This document shows positions 24,801 to 35,600 of a stretch of DNA of 64,000 nt, one piece after another. Numbering within the stretch: position 1 is the first letter of the stretch; the number at the start of each line of letters is the position of its first letter. The notes beneath the pieces were generated by a model that saw only the letters and a program-made list of their open reading frames with translations, did not search any database and was not told the DNA's origin. The stretch comes from Marsupella aquatica. Its lineage: Eukaryota; Plantae; Marchantiophyta. The stretch covers positions 18,824,805-18,888,804 of the forward strand of contig OZ316894.1 of the NCBI GenBank assembly GCA_973895155.1, written 5' to 3'. The translations under genes were made by a program, and so were the position numbers.

Positions 24801-27800
24801 TTTGCTAAAAGATCGACTGTATTTAAACCCCTCCTCTCTTTTTCTTTTGTAGTTTCAGGGCAGTCGAAAGCAATATCCGTTATAAATGGGCCTTGTTAAA
24901 TATTACTGTATGTAACCCTCCTCTCTATTTTCCTTTGTAGTGCCAGGGAAGGTCCCGGGTCATAAGCTCCTCGCCATGGGCTTCCAAGTCTCATACTCCC
25001 CTACTCGCAGAGTCTCAAAATTTTATGCTAAAAAGCTATTGCCGGGGTTATGCTTGCTAACCCCATGGTGTGTTCGGGGGCAATTAATCGCTGTAACGGC
25101 CTACGCCATGGGTTACCCTACACTTAATGTTACTCTATTGGACATCATAACGTTACTTTGTTGGAGATGAAACACATGTCCCCTAGCACGGGAGATGGAT
25201 ATGCAGCCTTCCGCTTGGTTTTACAGCGCAAAAGCATGTTCTATCTGCATCAGTTGCGGTTTTTCCAGGTATGACAGTCCCTTGCTTTGGAATTTGCAAG
25301 CCGGTTTCTCAGCATCTCTCTGCTTGCCTGTCGGCTATAAAATCAAAGGTTTTAAGTACCTTGGGATAACTGACCCGTTAATTATCCTTGATATATATAT
25401 AAGGGTTACTTCTTCGAAGGGATGGACCTCTCAGTTTGAGCTCTTGTGGAGCACTGGCCCACTTGGCCCTACAATAGAAGATGGGACGATAGCTCTGCCA
25501 GCACTACCACTTGTCTTGTACGCTGCTGCAGTGAATGCTGTCTCAGTGATTTAATTACACCTGCTGTGTGAGAGGACCCACCCTGGACTATGTCCACTAC
25601 TGTAGGTTAGCAATTGGTTTACACTTCTGAAAGTTCAACACCGTTGAATTCTCAGAGTCTGCAAACGAGGGTGCCACTTTCCAGTTTTGTACTCTTGTGC
25701 TACGTTCACATGCACCTCCCCCTGTGACGTCGCTCAATAAAGTTGAGCGACTTTTGTACCTGTGGAATCAGAAACATGCATTGATCAATCTGGTGCATTG
25801 TATTCGATGCGCCAGATCGAAAATCCTGCGCTTATTATGCAGGACTGGAGCACTCTTTGTTGAATGAATCTTGTTAATGAAAAGGTTGTGTTTCACCGCG
25901 TAATAATTGAGGTCAATGAATTCCCCCTGAAGCATTCAGCAAAATCAAAGACTTTCTTCACTCAATCACTGAGCAGATTTGCTGAATTTGGAGCCCTTAA
26001 ATATGTCTCCTGATGAGATAACAGATAATCAACTTTCCAGAGTCTGACAACCACGAAATTCCTGCATGCAGTAGACTTCACTCAAATTGCAAAGCAGCCA
26101 TTGTCACGAGAAATCTAGCGCTATATATTGCATCATGTGCTAAGCTTACTGTCATTGTACCAAATTAGGACTGGCTTATTCAACGACCAGACTTACACAA
26201 CTGCAAGTTTTCGCAACTTATCTTCGACTACTGGACCTAATGTAGCTCAATTATTTCTCGGACGCTCCTGCAATCATCACTTACTAAGCATAGTCGCATC
26301 AGCCAAAATTCCTCAGGCTGCCCGACCCAGCTCGTGGGAACTGCGGACACTCTCGCAAACGATACACCAATCATTCACAAGGTACACCAATCATTGAGAA
26401 ACATGATTACTAACTTCTAACTGGTCTTTGAATTACACAACGTCGGATCGAGGATCAAGTTGCCGGAAATGGAGATATTGGCCATTCAAAATAAAGTCCG
26501 CGTAAATTTATTTTCTCGCTGAACTTGGCCCCTTATTCACGGTGGACTGTGTAGCCAGAGTGTTAGCTAACTTAAGCTAAAAGGTGCATGATCACCTCAT
26601 CTCTTCCTTCCATTGGCAACTTCAAAATTCAAACTTCTGATTGAGATTCGTGAGACAAAAACGAGATTGGTACGGTACAAGGGTAGTTGTACATTTGGAA
26701 TTAATCAGATGCAATGCCAGGAAAATATCGGTGTTACTGTTCCAAATCGAAAAGAAAAGAAAGACATTGGTAGGAGAAGAACTATTTCACACAATCTTCG
26801 TTCACTGGTGCACCCTTCTGGCCCTGGGCAGCGACCCACAGAATATTGACGATACTGTAGGTGCCCCACAGACCTAATCATTGCCTGTCAAGCGTTTACA
26901 GAGACCTCTAATAACATGCAGCTAGCTCAGCATGTAAATTAATGCCTGCCACTGTCCCAGACGAAACTGAATCTGAAAAGCAAAAAGTAGACGACAATCC
27001 CATCCAACACGTCACGATGTGCGATGGTAAATTTAGATTTGCATAATGCGAGTCTACACAATTTGACACGTTGGTGGACAGGAGAAGAAATTTCTCTGCC
27101 AATGATTAATTCGTAGTTTACAATTCGATCGAAGCAGTTGTCCTTTTGTCAGCTTCATGTGAGACGTCAAGCGTGATAGTTGTTCAACATTCTGGGGAGT
27201 TCGTATTCATATTGTGAACTGGTGCTTACCTTGTAGCAATTATAGCATCTCAAGAGGGAGTGAGGCAGGGCTCAATCTGACCTCGAATCTGACTCTACCA
27301 ATTTACTTCCTGGTTGTAGAAAGAAGTAATCTAAAGTGCAAAGACAAGGGTAGCTAATTTGGGGGAAATCTGCATCCGTTCCAAGCGTTGAAATGTGAAA
27401 AAACTGAACAATCACTGTTTCGATATGTTCCTGGAAACCGAAGTCACAGATATATTTTCTTAAAAGTAATTTGAACCCACGGTACCTGATCAACTGAACA
27501 AATGATGCGGGTGCTCGGCGGGGTGCCGGGTTCGCCATGTTCTGAAATTGAGACTCTTGGAATGTTCTGAAGAATTAAAAGCTTCATGTACTCGATCTTG
27601 GAGAGATCAGACATGTGTTCACCAACGTACTGTGGATACTTAATTGTGTCGAATAAGTCTTAAGTTTGTGAGTGAAACGCACCACAGTCCTTTCATTATA
27701 ATTTTATGGAGGTTTCACGCATTTTCAGGATCGTTTCTTTTGATGTGGAGATTGCTCCCTCGCTTCCAGACGAGATGACATCCTCGACTTGATGTGAGTA

Positions 27801-27907
27801 TTTTACTGCAAACCCAGGACGAGAACAAGAGCCCTGTCCAAAGATGACAATGAGTCTAATCAACCCAGCGACGAGATCCGGAGCCGAAGACTCATTCGGA
27901 GACCCAA

Positions 27908-28501
27908 GTATCCAATAAATAAATTGATTATTTAATATCTAAAATACATTGCCACTAAAGACTGAATTTACTATACTCACTCCCACTGTTTTTCTTATAT
28001 TTACAAATTAATATGTCTTCCTGTTACTTTGGTGAACTTGTCACTCCAGAATTCACAATACTCACACTATTTTTTTATATTGAGAAATATGCCATGCATT
28101 TTGTATATAGTTCCCCTATTATGTCGGTGTCTGTTCCCCTATTATGTCTGTGTCTGAACTTGTCATCCATATACTAAACGTAGGCAAGCATATTTGTAAA
28201 TGCAAAAAAAATGTAATATTGTCAATTAGAACATCTTTAGTGGCATCCAGATACTAAAAGTAACATATCTGTAAATGCAAATTTTTTTTGTAGTATTGTC
28301 AACTAGAACATCATCTTTAGTGGCATCCAGATACTAAGAGTAGCATATTTGTAAATGCAAAAAAATTGTAGTTAATATTGTCAACTAGAACATCTTTAGT
28401 ATCAGAGTATTCAAAAGCTAAAATATTTAATGATACTTCATGAGCTTTTTGAATGACCTCCCGAGGCTGCCAATATAATGTCACTAAGGCAAATTGGATA
28501 C
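27908..28501. mobile_element. MITE/foldback-like element with three internal ~75-bp tandem units
   Basis: Terminal gtatccaat / attggatac. Internal inverted match gccactaaag / ctttagtggc. The unit 'tgtaaatgcaaa..tattgtcaa(c/t)tagaacatc..tttagt' occurs three times at 28190-28400. No TSD found. Confidence 0.45.
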
Positions 28502-28527
28502 ACTACACAGTTTATGTAAGGAAATTC

Positions 28528-29526
28528 AGAGGTATTTATTTGATGGACCCCCAAATTGAAAACTATTACTTGATGTGATCTCCCTTTTTGTGTAGGTACA
28601 TTTATTCCGGATGCGAGGGTCTCTTATACATAGGAGTAGGAAACAATCCAGCCCCCCCTCGTCCATGACGACACTTCAGATGCTGCGATTCATTAATTAG
28701 CCTTCGGAGGGGGTTAACAAGTGTCAATCAAAATATTTTACTAACGTTGCCGAACCTTCGCAACGGCTTGGGGGCAAATATATAAATATATATATTTTCT
28801 ATCCCTCTCTATCCCTCACAGGCAGTTTTTTCAGGTTCATCCATTTATTGATAGATAACCCGGCCATGATTCTTGGAGCTCTCCCACGTCTTGGCAATTA
28901 CATAAAGGGCCTCCTCTTCTCTATATAATTAGTCGAGTGCCACGCATCTCTCCTCGCTCCGTATGGGCCTTCTCTCATAGAGGCAGAGAAGTTTGCAGAA
29001 ATAACTTATTTCCGTGAACGACTGCCATAGGGAGAGGCGCATAGCACTTTGTGGGTCCGAAGGACGCTGACCCTATTGGGTCGACCCGCCAAACTCTCTG
29101 GCCCAAAGTCCGTAGCACCTTGCACGGCAAGTCTTGTGCCCTTTGGGCCCGCCTACTTTGATTGGCTTTTTGAATCGTCTTCTGCCCATTGGATGGTATC
29201 CGATCTCACGATCAAACCTCTCGATGCCAGGTACTTGTTCCGTGATGTTGTGAAAATCAATGTTTCCACGTGGAATAAGGTGCAGTGAGGATTACGTAAA
29301 GCTTTAAAGTGTATCATTAGCCCGATCATTAGTTGGGATCACTTAGTTGGGTCCCATCGAGTAACATTTCATTTTGATTTCCATCAACCATAATTATACC
29401 TCTCAAAGATAATAAATGGCACTCATGATGCGCGCATGCACATGGGGATCACTTGGGGGTACCATCAAGTAATATCAAACTTTTCATTTTGGGGTCCATC
29501 AAACATCTACCCCGACATATACCTCT
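28528..29526 (+). other. ~1-kb element with long imperfect terminal inverted repeats enclosing a highly base-paired core
   Basis: Inverted pairs: tttgatggacccc 28539-51 / ggggtccatcaaa 29491-503; tattacttgatg 28564-75 / catcaagtaata 29463-74; catttatt 28599-606 / aataaatg 29411-18. Many nested stems at 28937-29311. Confidence 0.6.
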
Positions 29527-32500
29527 TGGAGAGATGAATGACACTCACGATGCATGCACATCGTATATAAGTACTCACCAAATCACTCAAAAGTACTTAT
29601 CAAGCACCCTGCAACAAAATAAGAAACCCCGGGTACACAATGACTCCCTTTTCATAAGCCCATTTATGAAGCAAGTTTTCATTAATTTTCATATATTCTT
29701 ATAATGGCCTTATAACCAATTGATTAAGTTAGGTTTCATTTTAGTCTACTAAACTTTTGTACCTCTCAACTCAAGGAATCTAGAGGCTTTTGGAGCGGAG
29801 TCCAGGGTACACCAGCACACCTATTGTGGAAATTGGACGGGTCTAGAGAAGCACAAGGAGTCTCAGGGGTCTCACTATATGAAGACCTCCCCATCACTTG
29901 TGATATTTTTAGGCCTCAGACCTTCTAAAATGTAAGAATTTTTATAAATTCTCTAACTGCTATAAAGCTAAAATATTCTTGTAATATTACAAAAATTTGA
30001 TTAAAGAGACACTAATGTTCTTATAAATCTTAAAATTGAATTTATAGGCTGGACCTTAATGTTCTTCCAAAAAATTCTTAAGTATTTCCTTAGATTAAAT
30101 CAATTAAACGATACTATCCTTTGTTGGACATGATGTGTCATTTTTGTGGAAGTGAAACCAGGAGAATTATACAGAGAACTAGGAGCCTTTGCATTGCTGG
30201 AGCTGGGAGAGAACAAAGGAAAAGCCTGCTGACCTGAGTCCACCAACATAACATTCAACCAAAAAAACTACTACTGTAAGGGTCTTCTCTCCCGGCTCCA
30301 GCAGTGCAAAAGCCAGACCAGATGAGAGAACATCAATCTAGAGGAGGAGGGGTTGCTAGAAAGGAAAGAGACTAAGGCGGATACACCCAGGAAAGCACAC
30401 TCAGTCAAGTATGTACACACACCATCTTCAGGAAGAGGTTTGATTGAAAGTTAGAAAGTAGGTAGCGCCTCATGGGATATTTTAAGCTTGTGCCTTCCCG
30501 CCCCTCTGCCCCCTCACCTTTTCTATTTTTGTTTCCTGTCAAAGTGGAGCAAAGAAGTTAAGAGTCTCAATTAATCCACTCTTTCCAATGACTCGAAGTT
30601 TGGTCAATTTGGTTGAGTAAAAACTAAGGGAGATATGGCCCTGGGTCGACCGGGAGGGGTACCAATCGAATCAATCATTAAATAAAAACCTATAGTTTTA
30701 GTTGATTTTGTAGTCAGAGCAAGAGAAATAGAAACTACGAGGCTTGTAAATCAGTGGAGATATTTTTGGGAAGTGATTAATGGATGGCACTAACCGCTCA
30801 TATTATATATGACAAACCCTATGCCAGTGCGTTGCCGGGTGCATTTCACTGTGCAAGGAGGGCTGGCCCATAGGGAGTTGGGCCAGGGCATTTATGGGGC
30901 AGCGGGAAGCACAGATCTGCCAGGGGTGCACATTTCCTCCATCAATGGTCAAGGGAAACAACTAATCTAATCCAATGGCTGTGGATCTTTCCCGCCTACT
31001 TAGGAGCCTTTTTGTATTAGGACGAAGGCCAGGATTCCATTTGAATGATAATGCGTGTTCCATGTGTTCTGGTTCCGGGAGTCCTGGTTCCGGTTTAGTG
31101 ATTTTGGGCTGAAGGTTTCACATACCAGGCTTACCACCAGGAGGATTTTAGTTGATGCTCTGATGGCAGTTTCCACCTTAATTTGGCTTGATCGAGTTTT
31201 GTGCTAAAATAGTTGGCATCCCCTGGTAGCTGCAGGGAGCTAGAGGAGACTTATTTGAGCACACAGTAATGGAGACCTCATGCAGACAGTGAAATTAGAA
31301 AGTGGCATGCTAACCAAGGAGGCTGAACTTAAATAGGCTTGTCTTAATTTGCAGTGTTTTTAGTTTTTAATGTGAATTTGGTTAATTAATATATGTTTAA
31401 TACTTCAGTGTGTTTTTCTCCAGTCCAGATATTCATTGTCTAGCCCTCTAGGGTGTAATTTGCATCTACTGATTGTTGTACCCATGTGATTCACTAGCTC
31501 GAAATTGATACTATGAAGAGACTATTTGGCCTAGGTTGTTCTCCATTTAATGCTATCAGCTATTGCTAACATACCTTCATGCCGTCTGGTGGGCCTAGCT
31601 AGTATACACTTTGATCAATTCTCCATCTCATGAAAGATATACTCTCATCAAAATGATATATACTCTTTACTGGATTTAATTACTAACTTCACTTCTCTGA
31701 GTTTCAGCCTCTCCATTTGAGTGTGACTCTGACTATTCTATGTCCATTGCCACTTGTCAGCATATGATTGATCCAAGTTGATGTGAAGTGATAATGTGGC
31801 ACCCCAGTTTTCTTGAGGGCTAGGTAAGTAAAATGAAACATAGTTGAATGAAACCTCTATCTGTGTATTTAATTCTTAGTTTGTTTTCTCTTTTTTTGTA
31901 AAATCAAATCTTTGATCTCATGTCTTGGGAGTTAAAACTTCAGATGGCAGTGTACTGGAAAAGAAAACAGCTTCACAGATAAACAGAATCCTTGACGAGA
32001 ACCGGTAAAGTGTCTTGGTAAAGTCATATGTTTCATGCCCAGTCGTTCGAAGAGGCCTCGCCTGCGATTCTGGAGACGGTTTCAGGATTGTCCCGAGACG
32101 GTTTCAGGATAGTCTGGACAGTTCCGAAAATCAAGGAAGCTGACAGGTTGGATTTTGCTTGCGTCCGCTCGTCCCAAACATTATTGGATTATCATCCCCG
32201 GACACGAACTTCGCAGTTGGACAACATCCTCCTACTCGAGAGTAGAAAGAGAGATCTCGGCATTGATTAGCTCACTCGCCCGTATGTCCCAAGTCGAAGA
32301 AGAGAGCGAGAGAGGTCTAAGTTTGCATTGATTGCTTGACTTTCTCAAGTAGAAAGAGAGACTGATGAGAGTGCTCTCTCCATTTACTTCATTGCCTATG
32401 TTTCACAGTTTACTAGAGATTTTAGATAACGTTGAAGGGGCTTTTGGATTTGACTGATCAGAGCCTCATTACTAAACCTCTTCACCCATGCCATGACATG

Positions 32501-32695
32501 AAATTCTTCTAGGGAGTCGGCTGTGAGGCTGCCTTGCTTCAGCGACCACCATTTACTCGAGATTGCTCGAAGCCCCGCTCCAAGCTTCAGTGTCTGTTGT
32601 GGAGCTTACTTCCGTTTCCGACTGTCACAGTGACAGCTTCATTGCAAACGGGATCGAGTTAACCTTTCTTCTGTCGGAGGACTTGTTCGGAAACC

Positions 32696-35600
32696 ATGAA
32701 GGCCTCCCAATGGTTTGAGCTGAGGGACATGAAAAAGACACTCGTTAAACCATGGTACAACATTCGGCATCCGGAGACCATGGAACCGGCGTTATGGGAC
32801 CTTCTCTATATGGACTCATATGTCCCCGTCATATTCTTCTACAGGCCCGAGGCTGAAGGCACTGACAGCAGTTCTTTTGCTCAGAAAGTGTCGCATCTAA
32901 AAGAATCGCTCAGCAAAGTTCTGGTGCAGCACTACCCCTTTGCCGGTCGATGGATCAAGACCTTCGATGAGAGGGTGCGCCAGCTGCTGTGCAATGACGA
33001 AGGTGTGCAGTTCTTTGAAGCTCGCATCGACGAGGACATGGATACTGTAATTGGTGACGTCGATGACTTTCGCCCAGTACCCGCCCTGGGAAACTTCGAC
33101 CTCGTCGGTTTGAACAATCTGTTCTTTCAACAGGATGTTGATTTTCCGATGCCTCCAGTTTTCTTTCAGGTAGTGTACTTTGATGATCTCTGTAACATTA
33201 ACATCCGCTGTTTGGACATGCAGCCAAGCTAGTGGCACGATAGGTTTTGAACTGGAAGGACTTGCTCACACGCAGATTTATCGCCTCAATATACTCTGGT
33301 TGGACTTTTTTAATACAATACAATATATACTCATGATGTGATCGATTTTGAATAGAAGCATGATGTTTTGGATTCGTCTAGGATGTCTGTCCACTCTGTT
33401 CTATTCCACTCTAGTGAGCTCAGACATTGTTTGTTCAACCTCTCGCAAACAGATGTACACGGACATTATAATGCTTAGTTGATATCTGCCCCGAACCAAG
33501 ATGAGGCCAGCCATGTGTAGATCTTGGAGATGACCATGCCTACGTTTGCATGCTGCACCAGTGAGGATAGATGATTCAACTGCATGTGCCACTGCTCTTG
33601 ACCCAGGCCAAACAATCTCGAATCCGGTAGGGTGCACTCCTTAGGCGTTTTTTAATTCGACCTAGTATGTAAGGCCAGGTGTTTAGGACATTTCTAGGCC
33701 GGTGACTTCTAATGGATGGCTAGTCAGAGCTAGAGCTTCATGTTAATGCTTAATGAACTCGTCTAGTGGTTGGAATAATCCTCCAAGCTCACGCGTAAAA
33801 GCGAATCAGTTCGAGTAATGAGAAGTCAGACTTCATGATTTCTAGCTGATTAATTGTTCTGGAAACTTTGATATAATTATCGTCCCGGCATTTGTAGATA
33901 AAATAATCTTCAGATGAATTTGGACATGTTCAGGTGACAGGGTTCAAATGTGGAGGGATCTCGTTGTATGGAGGTTTCTCTCATCAAGCAACAGACGGCA
34001 AGGGATTCTTCGACTTCATGGCTGATTGGTCACATCAAGCCATGCATGATAAGTTAGCAGTACAGCCCGTTCATGATCGGTCAATAACTCTGAGCTTAGC
34101 AGAGTTTATGGGGTGGATGAGTGGCTCGTCAGACGCAGAAAAATCAACATCTGCACCGGAGGCGCAAACCAATGAAAATTCACATGGCTTTGAGACACAG
34201 GTCAATGACACCTGCTCAGTACCCAACGGAGCTAGAGCACAGAACGTGAACGGGAAGCCTGAACCAACCGGCAAGGCTGTCACAGTACCAAGTGAGTATA
34301 ATAATCTGACCCATCGCCGAGCTCGTTTGAATAGGGCCACTGAGGTGATCAATCTGGTCTGTTACAATGTATTCTTTCAGATTTGTCCAGAGTCATTCAT
34401 TTGTGCATTTTGGCAAAGAACTGTTACAATGAGGATGAGAGTGATCTAGTGCCGGATGTTTACTTAACTAAGCACACGAAACAATCGCGGAGTCGAATCA
34501 AATTTACAGTACAATATATAGCACGACAGTGAACACACCAGTAGATGGCCAATCTGGCCACAGACTCGGACAATCACTGACAAGCTTCGAGATCTACTTC
34601 GGTTCGCGCGATACTTTCGATCCTTCATCACATCTTACTTTGAGTGCGTTCGTAGAACTGTAAAGCGTGGACTATCATTGCCCACGGTCAACGTCTGAAG
34701 TAAAATAGTTCAATTAAGCTAGCCCTCCTCTTCCTTTCTCTATATAGCTAAGTCCAGGCAACCTCGTTTACTTCATAAACATCTGTTAGTGCACATATAA
34801 ATAGTACGGGGAATTCTCGAGCCTTCCCTATATGTCGCCATGTTAATTAATTTGCGCTAACTACCATCTATGAATATAATCGAGTTGAACGTTCAGAGGT
34901 CCAGGGTGGGAGAGCGATGAAATTTCATTTCGCTACGGCCGATAATCGATCTGAGTCAGCAAAGCCCGGACAGAATGTTCAATGATACATCTCTCGATTC
35001 AGGACGTCGTAAAATTCATACCTACTGAGGTAACTGTGCAGTCAGCTCAGGACCATGACCAAAGGATCACAGTATCCGTTAGTCGGTGGAGACGATCCAC
35101 CTACTTGTCTAGAATTGACTCAGTAGTCACGCCCAGTATGTTCGGTTGCACGTCGGAAAAAACAGACAATAGAGTCGGCAATTCTTAAACAGAGTCAAAC
35201 CACCAGACAGCATATAGCATTGACTCTGATCTTGATTAGTAGGTGAAAAGTGAACTAATGTAGGGAGATCTGAAGCAGATAAGCTACGTACTTCTCTCAC
35301 CCTGAGTTAAATCTACATCAAGTTAATGTTCCCCCACTTTCCTGGGGTGCCGTACACTGCCCGTCCCAATCCCCGATGCTGCTGCCCACTCCGGCCCAAG
35401 TTTGGCATAACATAAACCAATACTCTAAGATTTAACGCATGCGCTCCGGCCCGATCGACTTTGCGCCATCGACTGCGAGTTTATGTTTTGGCACATTCGT
35501 TCGCTCCAGCCCGAATGACTTAAGTTTGTGTCATCGACTTCTTCCTTGTGGAGTCGTGGTTTATGTTCTGGCAACTCTTCTTTCCAACAGAGTTATATTT

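Noticed and set aside
25195-25554. Plus-strand ORF with faint RapGAP/RalGAP-like GPL..DG..LP..A.NA pattern
   Set aside because: Similarity is too weak, no further exons were found, and local splice signals favour the opposite strand.
26010-26060. Hammerhead ribozyme (CTGATGA..GAAA); similar CTGATGA at ~32362
   Set aside because: No stem II or flanking helices support the core.
28990-29295. Group I intron core (ccgtgaacgactg as R, aaggtgcagtg as S)
   Set aside because: P7 pairing is imperfect, and no P/Q elements or correct P3-P4 topology could be built.
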